Shown: positions 47,295-56,700 of the stretch, one piece after another
How the letters are laid out: each line of letters begins with the position of its first letter
Numbering within the stretch: the stretch's first letter is position 1
NCBI GenBank assembly: GCA_044350895.1
Contig: JBILGT010000001.1
Location: 41,874-105,873 of the forward strand
DNA: 64,000 bases
Direction: 5' to 3'
Source: Limisphaerales bacterium
GTDB taxonomy: Bacteria; Patescibacteriota; Microgenomatia; UBA1400; PJMF01
Program-made: the position numbers and the translations under genes
Notes under the pieces: generated by a model
What the model was told of the DNA's origin: nothing
Database searches by the model: none
Seen by the model: the letters and a program-made list of their open reading frames with translations, nothing else

Positions 47295-47846
47295 CTATTT
47301 GAGTTCATCAAGTGCATCTTCAATGGCTTTGATCAGCTTTGTAGAAAGCGTTTTGGTCATCTTTTTGGTGGCACCAATCTGCACCATCCGGATTTTTGCA
47401 CTCGTGCTCGTGGTAGCCATTGGCTCCAAAACTACAACTTTTCCGCACAGTTTCTTGAGTTCAGAAATTTCCTCATCAGTGTAAGTTTCTTGGGTTGCAA
47501 TCAAGACATCAGGATGCATGATTTTTATTAACTGCCAGCGTTCCACTTCATTAGGTTTTAAAATAACATGATCGACACACCTGAGATAGGTGAGCATTTC
47601 TGTGCGCTCATCTTCAGGCACAACGGGACGATCGGGACCTTTGCGTTGTTTGACCTTTGCGTCTGAATCAACGCCCACAAAGAGCACATCACCGTGTTTT
47701 TTTGCTTCTGTCAAATACCGCGCATGACCAATATGCAGCATATCAAAAGTGCCTTGAGTGAGGACAACAGATTTACCTGCATCATGATATTTTTGTATGA
47801 TTTCCGGAAGTTCTGCGTACGTATTGACGATGACTGAATTTGGCAT
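47295..47846 (-). CDS. Cytidylyl/adenylyltransferase (RfaE-II/TagD-like, HIGH superfamily)
   Basis: TQGTFDMLHIGHARYL, VGVDSD..KGPDRP..ER, TSTS. Confidence 0.9.
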   Translation of the reverse strand: MPNSVIVNTYAELPEIIQKYHDAGKSVVLTQGTFDMLHIGHARYLTEAKKHGDVLFVGVDSDAKVKQRKGPDRPVVPEDERTEMLTYLRCVDHVILKPNEVERWQLIKIMHPDVLIATQETYTDEEISELKKLCGKVVVLEPMATTSTSAKIRMVQIGATKKMTKTLSTKLIKAIEDALDELK

Positions 47847-47855
47847 GGATTAGTT

Positions 47856-48635
47856 CTAAAACAATTTCTGTAGAGTTGCAAGTTCAGTATGGTCAGTATA
47901 GTTTACTTTGCACGGGGTGAGTGTGATTTTCCCTTCTGCAATTTGATGTGAGTCCGTATCATGTGCGCTAATGATAGGAGGATCAATCTCGTTATATGAG
48001 AGCGTATACTTTTCACGATTTATAACGGTTCTATTTTCCCAGTAGTCGCCAGGGCCAGTGGGTACAACAGCAACTTCTTGTGTGGGAGTAGCAGGGAAAT
48101 TTACATTCCAGAATACCTCAGGTGGAAAGACTGCATCCAGAGCTTTTTTAATGAAAAATTCCACCATGTTGCCCGGATAGGCAATAAGTTTTTCATTAAA
48201 TGATCCATCATGTTCTCTAAACCAGTCGTGGTCGGGAGTTTGCATGGAAAAAGCTATAGCTTTAGTCTGGCGAGTTTGTGCTGCAGTCACCGCTGCTGCC
48301 ACAGTTCCTGAACGGTGAATCTGATTACTGACATTTATTCCTAGATTTACTCCGCTAACAACAAGATCTGGGGTTCGATCCAAATAATCATATGCGAAAA
48401 AGACTGCATCACTTGGTGTACCTTCCACCCAGAGTGCTTCAGTACCATCTACGATTTCTGTGCCCCATGCACAATGAGTTGAAACGGTAATTTTTGCACC
48501 AACAGCAGATTGTTGCTGTTTGGTGCCGACAATTTTGAAATCAGCAAACTGTTCCACAACGCGTTTGACCAAGATCAATCCCTCGGCGCGAATTGAGTCA
48601 TCACCAGTGAGTAAAATAAACGGACGTTTTTGCAT
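47856..48635 (-). CDS. surE: SurE 5'/3'-nucleotidase
   Basis: ILLTGDD..AEGL, QS..G, GTPSDAV, VVSGVNLG, SGTVAAA, NVNFP, ITLTP. Confidence 0.9.
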   Translation of the reverse strand: MQKRPFILLTGDDSIRAEGLILVKRVVEQFADFKIVGTKQQQSAVGAKITVSTHCAWGTEIVDGTEALWVEGTPSDAVFFAYDYLDRTPDLVVSGVNLGINVSNQIHRSGTVAAAVTAAQTRQTKAIAFSMQTPDHDWFREHDGSFNEKLIAYPGNMVEFFIKKALDAVFPPEVFWNVNFPATPTQEVAVVPTGPGDYWENRTVINREKYTLSYNEIDPPIISAHDTDSHQIAEGKITLTPCKVNYTDHTELATLQKLF

Positions 48636-48708
48636 ATCGGACAGTGTACTGGCCAGATGTCAGAAAGGGAACAGTTATTTTTGGGTGTAGGTATGATAAA
48701 GTACAACT

Positions 48709-48954
48709 ATGCAAGATTCTGATCCAGATACAGTGACTGATTCAAAAACCATTTTTGATGTTTCTTTATCAGAGGTTTTTTGGAGAAATGTCGTAGCTGG
48801 AGCAGGCCGAGCCCTGGGTGCAATCATCTTGCAAGCTATTTTTCTAATTGTTATTGTGAATTTATTTATGAAGCAGGTGTGGCCAATTATTGAGCCGATT
48901 CTTGGTACATTACAGACCACCACACAGACCTTGGAAAGATTCACTCTACAATAA
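48709..48954 (+). CDS. Small membrane protein (DUF5665-like)
   Basis: FWRNVVAGAGRALG..TM. Confidence 0.6.
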   Translation: MQDSDPDTVTDSKTIFDVSLSEVFWRNVVAGAGRALGAIILQAIFLIVIVNLFMKQVWPIIEPILGTLQTTTQTLERFTLQ

Positions 48955-48968
48955 TTTTTGAAAGTACT

Positions 48969-49544
48969 ATGCATGTATTCATGATCGCAGCTATCACCGT
49001 AGACGGCTTCATTGACCGAGGTTCACACAGTGCCTCGACAGTGTGGACGAGTGCTGAAGATAAAAAATTCTTCACTGAACGCACCAAAAAAGCTGGAGTC
49101 ATTGTGATGGGAAGGACTACTTTTGAAACATTTGGTCGAGCACTTCCTGGAAGAAAGATTTTTGTTCTGTCTTCTCAACCTAAACCAGAAAAGTACGCCG
49201 CCATTCCCGATGGGGCAGTGGAATATACCTCACTCAAACCAGCCGAGTTACTTGAACAACTTGAGACAACAGAACTAATGGACGAATCTGGGACACCACA
49301 AAAAATCACAGAAGTCGCAATCTGTGGTGGATCAAGTATTTATTCCCAATTTATGGAAGCTGGACTTATTTCCACCATGTACCTGACGATGGAACCAGTT
49401 GTTTTTGGTGAAGGAATTAAATTATTTTCTCAAACGGTTAGCCGCAGTATTACGCTCAAGTCAGTCACACACCTCTCTGAGCAGACGTTGCTGCTTGAAT
49501 ATACAGTGGGTCAAACACCATCGCCACAAGCTATAAATTTGTAA
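48969..49544 (+). CDS. folA: Dihydrofolate reductase family protein
   Basis: IAAITVDGFI, W..EDKKFF, VMGRTTFE..LPGR, ICGGSSIY. Confidence 0.85.
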   Translation: MHVFMIAAITVDGFIDRGSHSASTVWTSAEDKKFFTERTKKAGVIVMGRTTFETFGRALPGRKIFVLSSQPKPEKYAAIPDGAVEYTSLKPAELLEQLETTELMDESGTPQKITEVAICGGSSIYSQFMEAGLISTMYLTMEPVVFGEGIKLFSQTVSRSITLKSVTHLSEQTLLLEYTVGQTPSPQAINL

Positions 49545-49590
49545 TAGATCAAAATACACAGTAGTGTGATTTTCTACACAGGAATACATA

Positions 49591-50019
49591 ATGCTCGTAC
49601 ATATAAAACGCTTCGATAGCACACTGCCGCTTCCTGAGTATAAAACTTCAGGTGCTGCCGCACTTGATTTGTATGCTCGAGAAACAACCACGATACCGCC
49701 GCGAGGAGTAGGGTATGTGCCACTTAATATTGCTCTCCAGCTCCCGCCAGATTGCTTCGCAATTCTTGCTGCGCGGAGTAGTTTGCATAAAAAAAGCCTC
49801 ATGGTGGTGAATGGCATTGGCATCGGTGATTTTGACTACCGTGGTGATGGCGATGAGTACAAAGCCGCACTCTATAATTTTTCTGATGCAGCAGTAGAAA
49901 TTGAACGAGGTGAGCGGATTGTGCAGCTCCTGGTTATGTCCAGAGAAAAAGTAGAATGGAAAGAACAGTCACAGTTTCTTGATGAAAACCGTGGCGGTTT
50001 TGGTTCCACAGGCAAATAG
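49591..50019 (+). CDS. dut: dUTP pyrophosphatase (trimeric)
   Basis: GAAALDL, ARSSL, G.GD.DYRG, GERIVQ, RGGFGSTG. Confidence 0.95.
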   Translation: MLVHIKRFDSTLPLPEYKTSGAAALDLYARETTTIPPRGVGYVPLNIALQLPPDCFAILAARSSLHKKSLMVVNGIGIGDFDYRGDGDEYKAALYNFSDAAVEIERGERIVQLLVMSREKVEWKEQSQFLDENRGGFGSTGK

Positions 50020-50069
50020 ACAGCTCCACTCTTTACACCCTTTATGTGGCATTTCAATACTTGCGCGAG

Positions 50070-50083
50070 CACAACATGTTGTG
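50070..50083. promoter_or_regulatory. NrdR-box-like palindrome CACAACATGTTGTG
   Basis: Perfect 14-bp palindrome matching the NrdR consensus CACWAYATMTWGTG at 13/14; upstream of the Maf-like/tmk pair. Confidence 0.55.
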
Positions 50084-50102
50084 GTTTCCTTATTGATTGA
50101 AT

Positions 50103-51113
50103 ATGTCAGCACCCTTAGAAAAAGAACGACTTTCACAACAACTTGATGAGCTCTTTTTACAATCACCACGTCGCACTTCTGAAGTGACTGAGTTCCCAGA
50201 TTCAGAGGCTCACCGACAGCATGAACCGACATCACCATTTGGTACAAATCCTCCAGAAATGGTGGTTTTTCCTTCGAATAGTTATAGAAAAGCCATCATG
50301 CTGTACTGGTCGTTGGTGGAGCAGTACGACCTCACACAGTGGCCAGATTTTGTGGGACATATTCAGCACCTTCCAGAAGAACTCACCGATGCAGCCTCAG
50401 TTGTGACATATTTTGAAAAGCATATTCATAACGGTAATGGAGTAGTACGGCATCCGTTTTTAATTGGGCATCTGCCCGATGGTATTCCACTGTACTTATG
50501 TCCCACCGATGGCGAAACCAGTAGTAATGATGACCCCGTCCAAGAAGCACGTAATAAAATTGCTGATATCCGCCATTTATTTGCAAGCAGAGATGTTGTT
50601 TTCTTTGCAACAGATGCTGTCCAAGATATTCGTACCTCTGAGCAAAAGCTGGGTAAGCCGATGAATCGAGCTGAATACCAGGTGGCTGCACAAAACGGTG
50701 AAGTAGATATTTTTAAGGCAGAGTATTTGCAACGCTTTTATGTATCACCAGATGATGAGCCGCTGTATGACCGCCATATAACAGGTCTTGTTGTCGAGCG
50801 TGGTGATGTTCAATATGAAGAAGAAATTGTGCTCTCGGTGGAAGTTCAGGAGTGGCTATTGCAGTTTGTGGAAGTACATCTGGGCATGGGGGGTGGCGGA
50901 ATTTTCCAGCAGCTTGTAGGGTTCCTTGAACAGCAAGAACGCGAAATTTGGCTCAAGCTCCAAAATGATGATTTGGCAGAGTATTTGCAAGGAATCGATT
51001 CTCAGCTCTGGTCTTTTACAGTAATTTTTCATATTATGGGAGTACCAGCATGGAAAATACTGGCAGCTTTTGAACATGTATCTCAAGAACTGCCAGCTAA
51101 GGAGTTTGCATGA
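50103..51113 (+). CDS. Divergent Maf-like nucleotide pyrophosphatase
   Basis: VVFPSNSYRK, ARNK, FATDAV..KLGKP, GGGGIFQ, IMGVP follow the Maf motif order; ATGA overlap with tmk. Confidence 0.55.
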   Translation: MSAPLEKERLSQQLDELFLQSPRRTSEVTEFPDSEAHRQHEPTSPFGTNPPEMVVFPSNSYRKAIMLYWSLVEQYDLTQWPDFVGHIQHLPEELTDAASVVTYFEKHIHNGNGVVRHPFLIGHLPDGIPLYLCPTDGETSSNDDPVQEARNKIADIRHLFASRDVVFFATDAVQDIRTSEQKLGKPMNRAEYQVAAQNGEVDIFKAEYLQRFYVSPDDEPLYDRHITGLVVERGDVQYEEEIVLSVEVQEWLLQFVEVHLGMGGGGIFQQLVGFLEQQEREIWLKLQNDDLAEYLQGIDSQLWSFTVIFHIMGVPAWKILAAFEHVSQELPAKEFA

Positions 51114-51742
51114 GTGATCCTAAACAAGGTTTTTTAATCACATTTGAAGGCGGAGAAGGTGGCGGAAAAACCACGCAAATAGTGCGACTTCGTGACAAGC
51201 TCACTCAAGCTGGAAAAGACGTCGTAGTGCTTCGAGAACCGGGTGGAACCGTCATTAGTGAACAAATCCGTGAAGTAGTGCTTTCAGCCAAAAACTCAGG
51301 CATTTCGTACACTACAGAGGTTCTGCTATTCCAAGCTGCTCGGGCGCAAATTTATAGAGAAATTGTGCTGCCATCGCTGGCCGCTGGTAAGGTTGTACTC
51401 ATGGATCGTTCTCGAGATAGCAGTGTCGTGTACCAGGGAATGGTGCGTGGCTTTGGTAGAGAATTGATTGATCAACTCAATAATATTTCCACCAAAGATA
51501 CCTATCCAAATCTCACATTACTCCTTGATGTGGAGCCTAAGGTGGGACTACAACGCCAAGCAGATGCAGGGGGGAATAATCGGTTTGAGATGGAAGATAT
51601 TTCATTTCACGATAAAGTGCGCCAAGCGTATCTTGATTTGGCCAAGTCAGACACCAAAAATCGCTGGGAAGTAATTGATGCTGGAAAGTCACTTGATGCA
51701 GTGTCTGAAGCAGTCGTGCAGGCGGTGATGAAGCGGTTGTAA
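51110..51742 (+). CDS. tmk: Thymidylate kinase
   Basis: ITFEGGEGGGKTTQ, REPGGT, LLFQAAR, MDRS..S..YQG. Confidence 0.96.
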   Translation: MSDPKQGFLITFEGGEGGGKTTQIVRLRDKLTQAGKDVVVLREPGGTVISEQIREVVLSAKNSGISYTTEVLLFQAARAQIYREIVLPSLAAGKVVLMDRSRDSSVVYQGMVRGFGRELIDQLNNISTKDTYPNLTLLLDVEPKVGLQRQADAGGNNRFEMEDISFHDKVRQAYLDLAKSDTKNRWEVIDAGKSLDAVSEAVVQAVMKRL

Positions 51743-51811
51743 CTGTTACAATTTTTTAAACAACCCTCACTCGAGTAAGTATTTACTGCGTATATTTATA
51801 CCCTATAGTTG

Positions 51812-51840
51812 TTGACAAATAGTGTGTTCTGAACTATAAT
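51812..51840 (+). promoter_or_regulatory. Perfect consensus sigma70 promoter
   Basis: TTGACA-17 bp-TATAAT, 17 nt upstream of ATG 51858. Confidence 0.85.
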
Positions 51841-51857
51841 GGCTTTTTGGGTTATAC

Positions 51858-53093
51858 ATGACTCAAATAAATCACGAACACGTATTCTCATTAGCCGAGA
51901 CAGTCGATACACGACTCGATCAATGGCTTAAAAAGTTCCCAGTATTAGCACAACCACTTTTGCAAGAGGCCACTTTGGACTTCGATGTTGTGCCAGTTAC
52001 TGGAAATATAGCAGAAACATCTCAAGTACATCCCGATGCATTTGATGCACGAGGACGCCTATTTGATCCTGAATATGTTGAAAATGAAGCCCTATTTGGA
52101 CATCTCACACCAAAGTTTCCTGAACAAAGCAAAATAGTGCTTGATAGAGCCCGCCACTCGGCTGATGTCTTGGCGCGCTTGAGCGAGGGAACCAATTTGC
52201 GAACTCCTGAAAATGGTTTGGGATTGGCTGAAGCACAAGCTTGTATCAATTGGTTGTGTGAAATTCAGCCTTCTCAAGATACCTATGTCTATCAAGCTCC
52301 AGACCTGCTGCGGTTCAGCCTAGATGTCCAACTGAACAACGTCAAAAACCGTTTGCTGCCACATAGTTTGGCGGCAGGCTTGGTGTCATATCACTTGGCT
52401 CTTCAAATGAATAGATTGGCGGGTCACGAAGTAGTGAATCCATATTATGTCCTTATTCAGAATTTAATTCATGAATCACAGCGCATGATTACCCATGATG
52501 TCATTATTCACGACGCATTATTGCCCAAAGTTCTCTTACGAGCACTGGGACACATGGACTTTGCGCAAGATCACGGCGAACATCACCCACGTATTTTGGA
52601 TGTAGACGCAGAAGAGCTTTCATTAGAGCAACGTATTCAGTTCCTTCTCTGGCCAGGTGACGCTTTTACCAAAGCCAGTCCGGACGAAGGCAATCCATTC
52701 AAAACAGCAGACGGAAAGCCACATTTCAGAAGAGCGGAAGACGGAGTGTCAGAGGTTCTTAATTCGCTGCCTAACTACAACAAAACCGTCACCAAAGAAG
52801 ATGTGGAAGCAGCAAAAGAAACAGGTGAGTATCTCCAATTATTGCTGAAAGTATTTGGTCACAATATTAAGTCAGTGATTCAATATGTCATAGATCTGGG
52901 AATGTTATCAAAGATCCCAGCAGAACTTGAACAGCATGGTGTTTCACTCCAAGCTGCTTTGGATGAAGTAGAACCTGTGTGGGCAAAAGTATTGACAATA
53001 TTCTGGAATAACAACAATCTTTCCCATGAACAAATGGCCACAGTCATGAATATAGAGTTGCAAGAATTCCTCGTGGGACATCCTGCACGCTAA
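51858..53093 (+). CDS. Hypothetical protein with divergent HD-phosphohydrolase-like motif set
   Basis: PHSL..LA..LIHE..IHD..EHH..GD matches the HD-domain spacing, with HE in place of HD. Confidence 0.55.
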   Translation: MTQINHEHVFSLAETVDTRLDQWLKKFPVLAQPLLQEATLDFDVVPVTGNIAETSQVHPDAFDARGRLFDPEYVENEALFGHLTPKFPEQSKIVLDRARHSADVLARLSEGTNLRTPENGLGLAEAQACINWLCEIQPSQDTYVYQAPDLLRFSLDVQLNNVKNRLLPHSLAAGLVSYHLALQMNRLAGHEVVNPYYVLIQNLIHESQRMITHDVIIHDALLPKVLLRALGHMDFAQDHGEHHPRILDVDAEELSLEQRIQFLLWPGDAFTKASPDEGNPFKTADGKPHFRRAEDGVSEVLNSLPNYNKTVTKEDVEAAKETGEYLQLLLKVFGHNIKSVIQYVIDLGMLSKIPAELEQHGVSLQAALDEVEPVWAKVLTIFWNNNNLSHEQMATVMNIELQEFLVGHPAR

Positions 53094-53141
53094 GGCATCT
53101 ACCTCTTGTCTAAGCAGAGCAATTTGAGTAGGCTAGTGGGC

Positions 53142-53753
53142 ATGATGAAACTGCCGCGCGCGATTCGGGAACTGACTGAAACTTTTGAAAAACTACCAGG
53201 TATTGGTCCAAAATCTGCACAACGATTAGTATTTTATTTACTGCACTATCCAGAGCATCGCTTAGAGGAGTTTGCAAATCGCCTCACTGCGCTCAAAAAG
53301 GGGACAGTGCTGTGTAGCATGTGCCATAACGTCAGCGAACAAGATCCGTGTGAAGTGTGTTCTGATCCGAGCCGCGATCAATCAATTCTGTGTATTGTTG
53401 AGCAACCACTCGATGTTTTAGCTCTGGAGCGCTCAAATTCTTTTCATGGTCTCTATCATGTCTTGCACGGCTCAATTGCACCACTCAATAATATTGGACC
53501 AGAACAACTATTTTTGCATGACGTAGCAAAGCGCCTTAGTGAAATAAAAGAACTTATCATTGCTACCAATCCCACCATGGAAGGTGAAGCAACGGCTTTG
53601 TATATCAGCGAATTTTTACAACAGTCATCTCGAGTTGATATGAATACACTCAAAATTACACGCATAGGTCATGGGTTACCAATTGGCGCTGACATAGAGT
53701 ATGCTGACGGGGTTACTCTTAAGCGAGCTCTTGAGGGAAGACGAAGTGTGTAG
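53142..53753 (+). CDS. recR: Recombination mediator RecR
   Basis: LPGIGPKSAQR, C4 zinc finger, YHVLHG, ATNPTMEGEATA, IEYAD..L.RALEGR. Confidence 0.97.
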   Translation: MMKLPRAIRELTETFEKLPGIGPKSAQRLVFYLLHYPEHRLEEFANRLTALKKGTVLCSMCHNVSEQDPCEVCSDPSRDQSILCIVEQPLDVLALERSNSFHGLYHVLHGSIAPLNNIGPEQLFLHDVAKRLSEIKELIIATNPTMEGEATALYISEFLQQSSRVDMNTLKITRIGHGLPIGADIEYADGVTLKRALEGRRSV

Positions 53754-53791
53754 TCTGGGTGGACATTCTCTGATTAACTGATTTTGTAGGA

Positions 53792-56700
53792 CTAATACTC
53801 AAAATCATCTTCTTCTAAAAACTGTCTCAAACTCTGTATCCCTCGATGTCGGAGTGCTTTAATAGAGCCTTCCGTTTTATTTAGCATCTCTGCCATTTCA
53901 GAAATTGAGTAACCCTCAAGGTATTGTAGAGTAATTATCTCTGCTTGTTCTTCCGTTAGGCGACTAATTGCCTTGCGAAGTTTAAGCGCATCATAACTTG
54001 CAGCGGCCATTGCAACTGGATTATGTTCATGACGATCTGTGATCAATGAGTCTTCCAGTTCCACTTGCTGTTGCCGATCTCGTTGCCGGTAGTAGTCAAT
54101 CACTCGATTATGCGCAATACGATAGAGCCATCCAGAGAAAGAGCTGTGCCAGGCTTTGTCCGCTCTGATTGCCTCCAGCATTTTCAAAAATACTTCAGCT
54201 GTTAATTCTTCTGCTAACGATTCATTTCCAGTGCGGCGATAAATATAGCTATAGATACGGGCTTCATAGCGATCATACAGTTCCTCCAAAGCCCGTTCAT
54301 CAAAGGAGGCAGCCCGAACCTCGAGTTGTTTTACAAGGGCTTTTTCATCAGGTTTTACTTTTTCATCTGATAAAATATCTCTAACCTCAGATGCATCAAA
54401 TCCATATTTTGCATCATATGCAGCAAAATCACTGGGATCAACTATTTCTCCTTCGAGAGCTGAATTGGCTGGTGCTGGAGTAGGTTCTAGTGCGGTTCTG
54501 GATTGTTCATCTGATTGCTGTGGGACCTCGACAGCGTCAGCAGGGATCTCAGAATCTCGCTCTAGTCTTTGCCTAGAAGTAGGAATGGTTTTTCCAGCAG
54601 CAGCTTTTCTTGTTGTATTAGTTTTCTTGCGCCTTACAGTGTCCGTTACTTTTTTCTTATTTTCAGTTTTTTGTTTATCAGGTACAGCTGGTGCTCCGTC
54701 AGCAAGTTCAGCTAATTGTGAAAATGAAACTTCAGGCCCAAGTACTTCGACTTGAGCTTCTGGTGTTATAGCCACAGTAAGGGCAGGCGGAGCGTCAATC
54801 ACAGTTTCTTGAGCGGGCGCCTCATACAAGTGATCTAAAAGTGGTAAGAGTTTGATCTGCCGTGGTTCAAAAAGGTCTGCCATTCTCACTCTGAGAGCTT
54901 GCACATGACTGGTAGTTTCATGTTCTAATTGGATAGTTGGGGCAGGTTCAGGCCCAAGAACAGGAGTGTCATTGGGTACGGCATACAGATGATCAAGTTT
55001 TGGTAATAACTTGATAGGCTGACGTTCAAAAAGATCCGGATTTTTCTTGCGCAGTGCTCTCAATTGTGTAACCTCAGGAGATTCAGTTAGTACAGACTCA
55101 GGCATGACAAATTTTGAGATTGGTTTTTCCAGCACAGGAGCCGCTTCAGAGGTTTGATTGATCTCATCAATTAGTTCAAGGAGTCCGGGATTTGTAGCAA
55201 GGGGAACTTCTTGAGGAACTTTTGGTCGTCTCGTTCTCTTTGGTGTACTGGTTCGTGCCTGAGTTTCACGTTTAGGGATTGTTACAGCTGGTTGCGGTTC
55301 AGGTTCAGATGTTTGAGATATCTCGGATTCATCTTGGCTAAATCTCTCAAGATTCCTCAGGATTGCGGGGGAAAAGGATCGAGCACGTCCTTTGGGTTTA
55401 CCAGTTGAAAGTGGAGCTTGTTGCTGCGTTGTTTCAACACTTGGCGCAATTCGTTCACTTAGAGGAAGTACCCAAACATTTGAATCTTCTGCCAAGTCCT
55501 CAGCTGATTTTGGTTCCATCGCGGCAAGTGCTTTATCTTCCGCTGATGTATTATTGTCACGAGTGTTATCAACCAACCGTGGATTAAACCACCTCCAGAG
55601 CACCGCTTGATGGCAGAAAAAAGTAGATATCAGGCCGCGTAGTGTGCTCATAACATACCCTCTGACATGGTTGAAGTGATATCTTCCATCCTTTACGCCG
55701 CGAAAAATTCGTTCATACAAATCTTGTACGATGTCATCATACGAAACACCACCTCTTGCGACTATGCCCATGCGGCCTTTCACATAATTGAGGAGCATTG
55801 GATAATTGTCTGAAAAAAAATCATTGAGTTCATACAACAATTCATCCGTGCTTTTTGTACTGGTCTCATTTGCTCCTTCTAGGAGCTGTTCCAATTCTGC
55901 TTCAACCGCTTGAAACTCTTTTTCTTCATCTGAAGGACTTTCTGATGCTGCTGGAATACTAATTTCAGGAAGTGCCGCTGTAGCTCTTGCACTACTAATT
56001 TCACCATAGAGCTTCTTCTTCCGCAAAAATTCATCTACCATTTCTGGTCTAAAATTGGGAACATCATTTCTTAAACTTGCAATAACGTGATCCAAAATGT
56101 CATGACTTTCGAAGTCATAGTGGGGGACAGTTCGAGGTTTTCCCACAGTTGTTTCGGTCTCATCCCCTGGAGCATCAGCTTCAGGTAATTGCTGATAGGC
56201 TGCACTTAAGCTATCTCTTCCACGTTTTATTCTAGATTTTGTAGCACCTAGTGTAGTCTCAAGATCTGGAATGACTGAGGTAACTATCAAACTAATTTCT
56301 TCGTTTGAGAGGTCTGGCTCGTATGTCCTGAGTGCCAGTGATAGTCTTTGTGACGGGGGCATTCGTTTGAAAGCAGTTAATAAACGTACTTTTTCATCAT
56401 AGGAAAGTACGCTCGATTCAGGAATATTAAAACGTTCAGATTCAGTGTAATACTGTTCATTCTCACCATCATCTATTCTGGCAAATGGGTCACCACTTCT
56501 ATAGAGTGTGTTTTGCGTATGCAAAGTATGTAACTCATGATGGATATGTTGATCAAGATGCCCGGTAAGCGGACCTTTTCTGATCCTTCGAGATACCTCT
56601 TTGAGAGCTCGATAGATCAAACCTAGTGGACGTGAGTTCTTCTTTACATCTCCGTAAATTTCACTGATAACGTAATCAATAAGTTCTTTATTAGCTCTGG

